From: Eledone cirrhosa
Taxonomy: Eukaryota
DNA: 64,000 nt
Assembly: GCA_964016885.1 (NCBI GenBank)
Contig: OZ024750.1
Coordinates: 38,254,001 to 38,318,000, forward strand
Direction of reading: 5' to 3'
Below are positions 59,201 to 64,000 of this stretch, piece by piece. The position numbers and the translations under genes were made by a program. How positions within the stretch are numbered: the stretch's first letter is position 1; every line of letters starts with the position of its first letter. The notes beneath the pieces are model-generated. The model worked only from the letters and a program-made list of their open reading frames with translations, had not been told where the DNA came from and did not search any database.

Positions 59201-61919
59201 TGTACACTGTATGTGATGTACCATGAAGCTATGACTAAACTGTACACTGTATGTGATGTACCATGAAGCTATGGCTAACCTGTACACTGTATGTGATGTA
59301 CCATGAAGCTATGGCTAACCTGTACACTGTATGTGATGTACCATGAAGCTATGACTAACCTATACACTGTATGTGATGTACCATGAAGCTATGACTAACC
59401 TGTACACTGTATGTGATGTACCATGAAGCTATGGCTAACCTGTACACTGTTTGTGATGTACCATGAAGCTATGGCTAACCTGTACACTGTATGTGATGTA
59501 CCATGAAGTTATAGCTAACCTGTACACTGTATGTGATGTACCATGAAGCTATGACTAATCTATACACTGTATGTGATGTACCATGAAGCTATAGCTAACC
59601 TGTACACTGTATGTGATGTACCATGAAGCTATGACTAACCTGTACACTGTATGTGATGTACCATGAAGCTATAGCTAACCTGTACAATGTTTGTGATGTA
59701 CCATGCAGCTATGGCTAACCTGTACACTGTATGTGATGTACCATGAAGTTATAGCTAACCTGTACACTGTATGTGATGTAACATGAAGCTATAGCTAACC
59801 TGTACACTGTATGTGATGTACCATGAAGCTATGACTAACCTGTACACTGTATGTGATGTACCATGAAGCTATAGCTAACCTATACACTGTATGTGATGTA
59901 CCATGAAGCTATGACAAACCTGTACACTGTATGTGATGTACCATGAAGCTATGACTAACCTATACACTGTATGTGATGTACCATGAAGCTATGACTAACC
60001 TGTACACTGTATGTGATGTACCATGAAGCTATGACTAACATGTACACTGTATGTGATGTACCATGAAGCTATGACTAAACTGTACACTGTATGTGATGTA
60101 CCATGAAGCTATGGCTAACCTGTACACTGTATGTGATGTACCATGAAGCTATGGCTAACCTGTACACTGTATGTGATGTATCATTAAGCTATGACTAACC
60201 TATACACTGTATGTGATGTACCATGAAGCTATGACTAACCCGTACACTGTATGTGATGTACCATGAAGCTATGGCTAACCTGTACACTGTATGTGATGTA
60301 CCATGAAGCTATAGCTAACCTGTACACTGTATGTGATGTACCATGAAGCTATGGCTAACCTGTACACTGTATGTGATGTACCATGAAGCTATGACTAACC
60401 TATACACTGTATGTGATGTACCATGAAGCTATGACTAACCTGTACACTGTATGTGATGTAACATGAAGCTATGGCTAACCTGTACACTGTTTGTGATGTA
60501 CCATGAAGCTATGGCTAACCTGTACACTGTATGTGATGTACCATGAAGTTATAGCTAACCTATACACTGTATGTGATGTACCATGAAGCTATGACTAACC
60601 CGTACACTGTATGTGATGTACCATGAAGCTATGGCTAACCTGTACACTGTATGTGATGTACCATGAAGCTATGGCTAACCTGTACACTGTATGTGATGTA
60701 CCATGAAGCTATGGCTAACCTGTACACTGTATGTGATGTACCATGAAGCTATGACTAACCTGTACACTGTATGTGATGTAACATGAAGTTATGACTAACA
60801 TGTACACTGTATGTGATGTACCATGAAGCTATGGCTAACCTGTACACTGTATGTGATGTACCATGAAGCTATGACTAACCTGTACACTGTATGTGATGTA
60901 CCATGAAGCTATGACTAACCTGTACACTGTATGTGATGTACCATGAAGTTATGACTAACATGTACACTGTATGTGATGTACCATGAAGCTATGACTAACC
61001 TGTACAGTGTATGTGATGTACCATGAAGCTATGACTAACCTATACACTGTATGTGATGTACCATGAAGCTATGACTAACCTGTACACCGTATGTGATGTA
61101 CCATGAAGCTATGACTAACCTATACACAGTATGTGATGTACCATGAAGCTATGACTAACCTGTACACTGTATGTGATGTACCATGAAGCTATGACTAACC
61201 TATACACTGTATGTGATGTACCATGCAGCTATGACTAACCTGTACACTGTATGTGATGTACCATGAAGCTATGGCTAACCAGTACACTGTATGTGATGTA
61301 CCATGAAGCTATGGCTAACCTGTACACTGTATGTGATGTACCATGAAGTTTTAGCTAACCTGTACACTGTACGTGATGTACTATGAAGCTATGACTAATC
61401 TGTACACTGTATGTGATGTACCATGAAGCTATGACTAATCTGTACACTGTATGTGATGTAACATGAAGCTATAGCTAACCTGTACACTGTATGTGATGTA
61501 CCATGAAGCTATGACTAACCTATACACTGTATGTGATGTACCATGAAGCTATAGCTAACCTGTACACTGTATGTGATGTACCATGAAGTTATAGCTAACC
61601 TGTACACTGTATGTGATGTACCATGAAGCTATGACTAATCTGTACACTGTATGTGATGTACCATGAAGCTATAGCTAACCTGTACACTGTATGTGATGTA
61701 CCATGAAGCTATGGCTAACCTGTACACTGTATGTGATGTACCATGAAGCTATGACTAACCTGTACACTGTATGTGATGTAACATGAAGCTATAGCTAATC
61801 TGTACACTGTATGTGATGTACCATGAAGCTATGACTAACCTGTACACTGTATGTGATGTACCATGAAGCTATAGCTAACCTATACACTGTATGTGATGTA
61901 CCATGAAACTATGACAAAC

Positions 61920-64000
61920 CTGTACACTGTATGTGATGTAGCATGAAGCTATGGCTAACCTGTACACTGTATGTGATGTACCATGAAGCTATGGCTAACC
62001 TGTACACTGTATGTGATGTACCATGAAGTTTTAGCTAACCTGTACACTGTACGTGATGTACTATGAAGCTATGACTAATCTGTACACTGTATGTGATGTA
62101 CCATGAAGCTATGACTAATCTGTACACTGTATGTTATGTAACATGAAGCTATAGCTAACCTGTACACTGTATGTGATGTACCATGAAGCTATGACTAACC
62201 TATACACTGTATGTGATGTACCATGAAGCTATAGCTAACCTGTACACTGTATGTGATGTACCATGAAGTTATAGCTATCCTGTACACTGTATGTGATGTA
62301 CCATGAAGCTATGACTTATCTGTACACTGTATGTGATGTACCATGAAGCTATAGCTAACCTGTACACTGTATGTGATGTACCATGAAGCTATGACTAACC
62401 TGTACACTGTATGTGATGTACCATGAAGCTATGACTAACCTGTACACTGTATGTGATGTAACATGAAGCTATAGCTAACCTGTACACTGTATGTGATGTA
62501 CCATGAAGCTATGACTAACCTGTACACTGTATGTGATGTACCATGAAGCTATAGCTAACCTATACACTGTATGTGATGTACCATGAAACTATGACGAACC
62601 TGTACACTGTATGTGATGTACCATGAAGCTATGGCTAATCTGTACACTGTATGTGATGTAACATGAAGCTATAGCTAACCTGTACACTGTATGTGATGTA
62701 CCATGAAGCTATGACTAACATGTACACTGTATGTGATGTACCATGAAGCTATGACTAACCTGTACACTGTATGTGATGTACCATGAAGCTATGGCTAGCC
62801 TGAACACTGTATGTGATGTACCATGAAGCTATGGCTAACCTGTACACTGTATGTGATGTACCATGAAGCTATGACTAACCTGTACACTGTATATGATGTA
62901 CCATGAAGCTATGACTAACATGTACACTGTATGCGATGTACCATGAAGCTATGACTAACCTGTACACTGTATGTGATGTACCATGAAGCTATGACTAACC
63001 TGTACACTGTATGTGATGTACCATGAAGCTATGACTAACCTGTACACTGTATGTGATGTACCATGAAGCTATGACTAACCTGTACACTGTATGTGATGTA
63101 ACATGAAGCTATAGCTAACCTGTACACTGTATGTGATGTACCATGAAGCTATGATTAACCTGTACACTGTATGTGATGTACCATGAAGCTATAGCTAACC
63201 TATACACTGTATGTGATGTACCATGAAACTATGACTAACCTGTACACTGTATGTGATGTATCATGAAGCTATGGCTAATCTGTACACTGTATGTGATGTA
63301 ACATGAAGCTATAGCTAACCTGTACACTGTATGTGATGTACCACGAAGCTATGACTAACCTGTACACTGTATGTGATGTACCATGAAGCTATGGCTAACC
63401 TGTACACTGTATGTGATGTACCATGAAGCTATGACTAACCTATACACTGTATGTGATGTACCATGAAGCTATGACTAACCCGTACACTGTATGTGAGGTA
63501 CCATGAAGCTATGGCTAACCTGTACACTGTATGTGATGTACCATGAAGTTATAGCTAACATGTACACTGTATGTGATGTACCATGAAGCTATGACTAACC
63601 TGTACACTGTATGTGATGTACCATGAAGCTATGGCTAACCTGTACACTGTATGTGATGTACCATGAAGCTATGACTAACCTGTACACTGTATGTGATGTA
63701 ACATGAAGCTATAGCTAACCTGTACACTGTATGTGATGTACCATGAAGCTATGATTAACCTGTACACTGTATGTGATGTACCATGAAGCTATAGCTAACC
63801 TATACACTGTATGTGATGTACCATGAAACTATGACTAACCTGTACACTGTATGTGATGTACCATGAAGCTATGGCTAATCTGTACACTGTATGTGATGTA
63901 ACATGAAGCTATAGCTAACCTGTACACTGTATGTGATGTACCACGAAGCTATGACTAACCTGTACACTGTATGTGATGTACCATGAAGCTATGGCTAACC
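61920..64000 (+). repeat. Copy of block ~56640-58720 (offset 5,280 bp, 132 monomers), running off the window end
   Basis: gcatgaag (56661/61941), gacgaacc (57311/62591), ggctagcc (57511/62791), atgattaacc (57871/63151 and 58471/63751), tcatgaag (57981/63261). Confidence 0.9.

Larger units (their letters stand above)
1..64000 (+). repeat. 40-bp tandem satellite array, about 1,600 head-to-tail monomers, consensus TGTACACTGTATGTGATGTACCATGAAGCTATGACTAACC; open at both window ends
   Basis: Seen directly: the same 40-mer recurs throughout, typically with 0-3 substitutions per copy. Monomers start at position 1 mod 40 at both ends of the window, and the 17 small indels I counted sum to zero, which gives 1,600 units. 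No inverted copy or foreign insertion was seen. Confidence 0.99.

Noticed and set aside
1-64000. CRISPR array or other repeat-spacer system
   Set aside because: The repeats abut directly with no unique spacers. Variation is limited to a few recurrent substitutions, and there is no leader or cas gene.
1-64000. Repetitive protein gene or tandem RNA genes (tRNA, 5S, spliced leader, snRNA)
   Set aside because: The unit length is not a multiple of 3, and stops (TGA, TAA on plus; TAG on minus) recur in every monomer. The unit has no extended stem or recognisable RNA motif.
1-64000. Pure sequencing or rolling-circle concatemer artefact
   Set aside because: Variants are inherited in nested, collinear blocks with shared and private changes. 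Random read error on a single 40-bp template would not produce this. Local misassembly of individual blocks remains possible.
1-64000. Variant order as a functional information code
   Set aside because: The order is adequately explained by nested duplication of neutral variants. Nothing in the window indicates a reader or writer mechanism.

Overview
The whole 64-kb window is one uninterrupted, head-to-tail array of a 40-bp satellite-type monomer. The consensus is TGTACACTGTATGTGATGTACCATGAAGCTATGACTAACC (40% GC, no CpG). The array has about 1,600 copies, all in one orientation, and runs off both window ends. I found no unique sequence, spacer, inversion, transposon, RNA gene or credible protein-coding gene; the two 70-aa ORFs are read-throughs of the repeat. 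The informative signal is the order of monomer variants. Rare substitutions and 1-2-bp indels act as markers and show nested, irregular higher-order duplications (about 0.36, 0.6, 1.3, 1.8, 2.1, 2.5, 2.7, 2.8 and 10.7 kb in tandem, plus dispersed copies at offsets of 5.3, 6.0, 7.8 and 29.6 kb). The variant repertoire changes at about 10-14 kb, and a 35-kb domain from 28.7 kb to the end has no 1-2-bp indels. This most resembles eukaryotic heterochromatic satellite DNA evolving by unequal exchange. The host, family and function cannot be determined from this window, and I see no supportable evidence of a novel gene-encoded system. All coordinates and counts were read by eye; block boundaries are approximate to 1-3 monomers.
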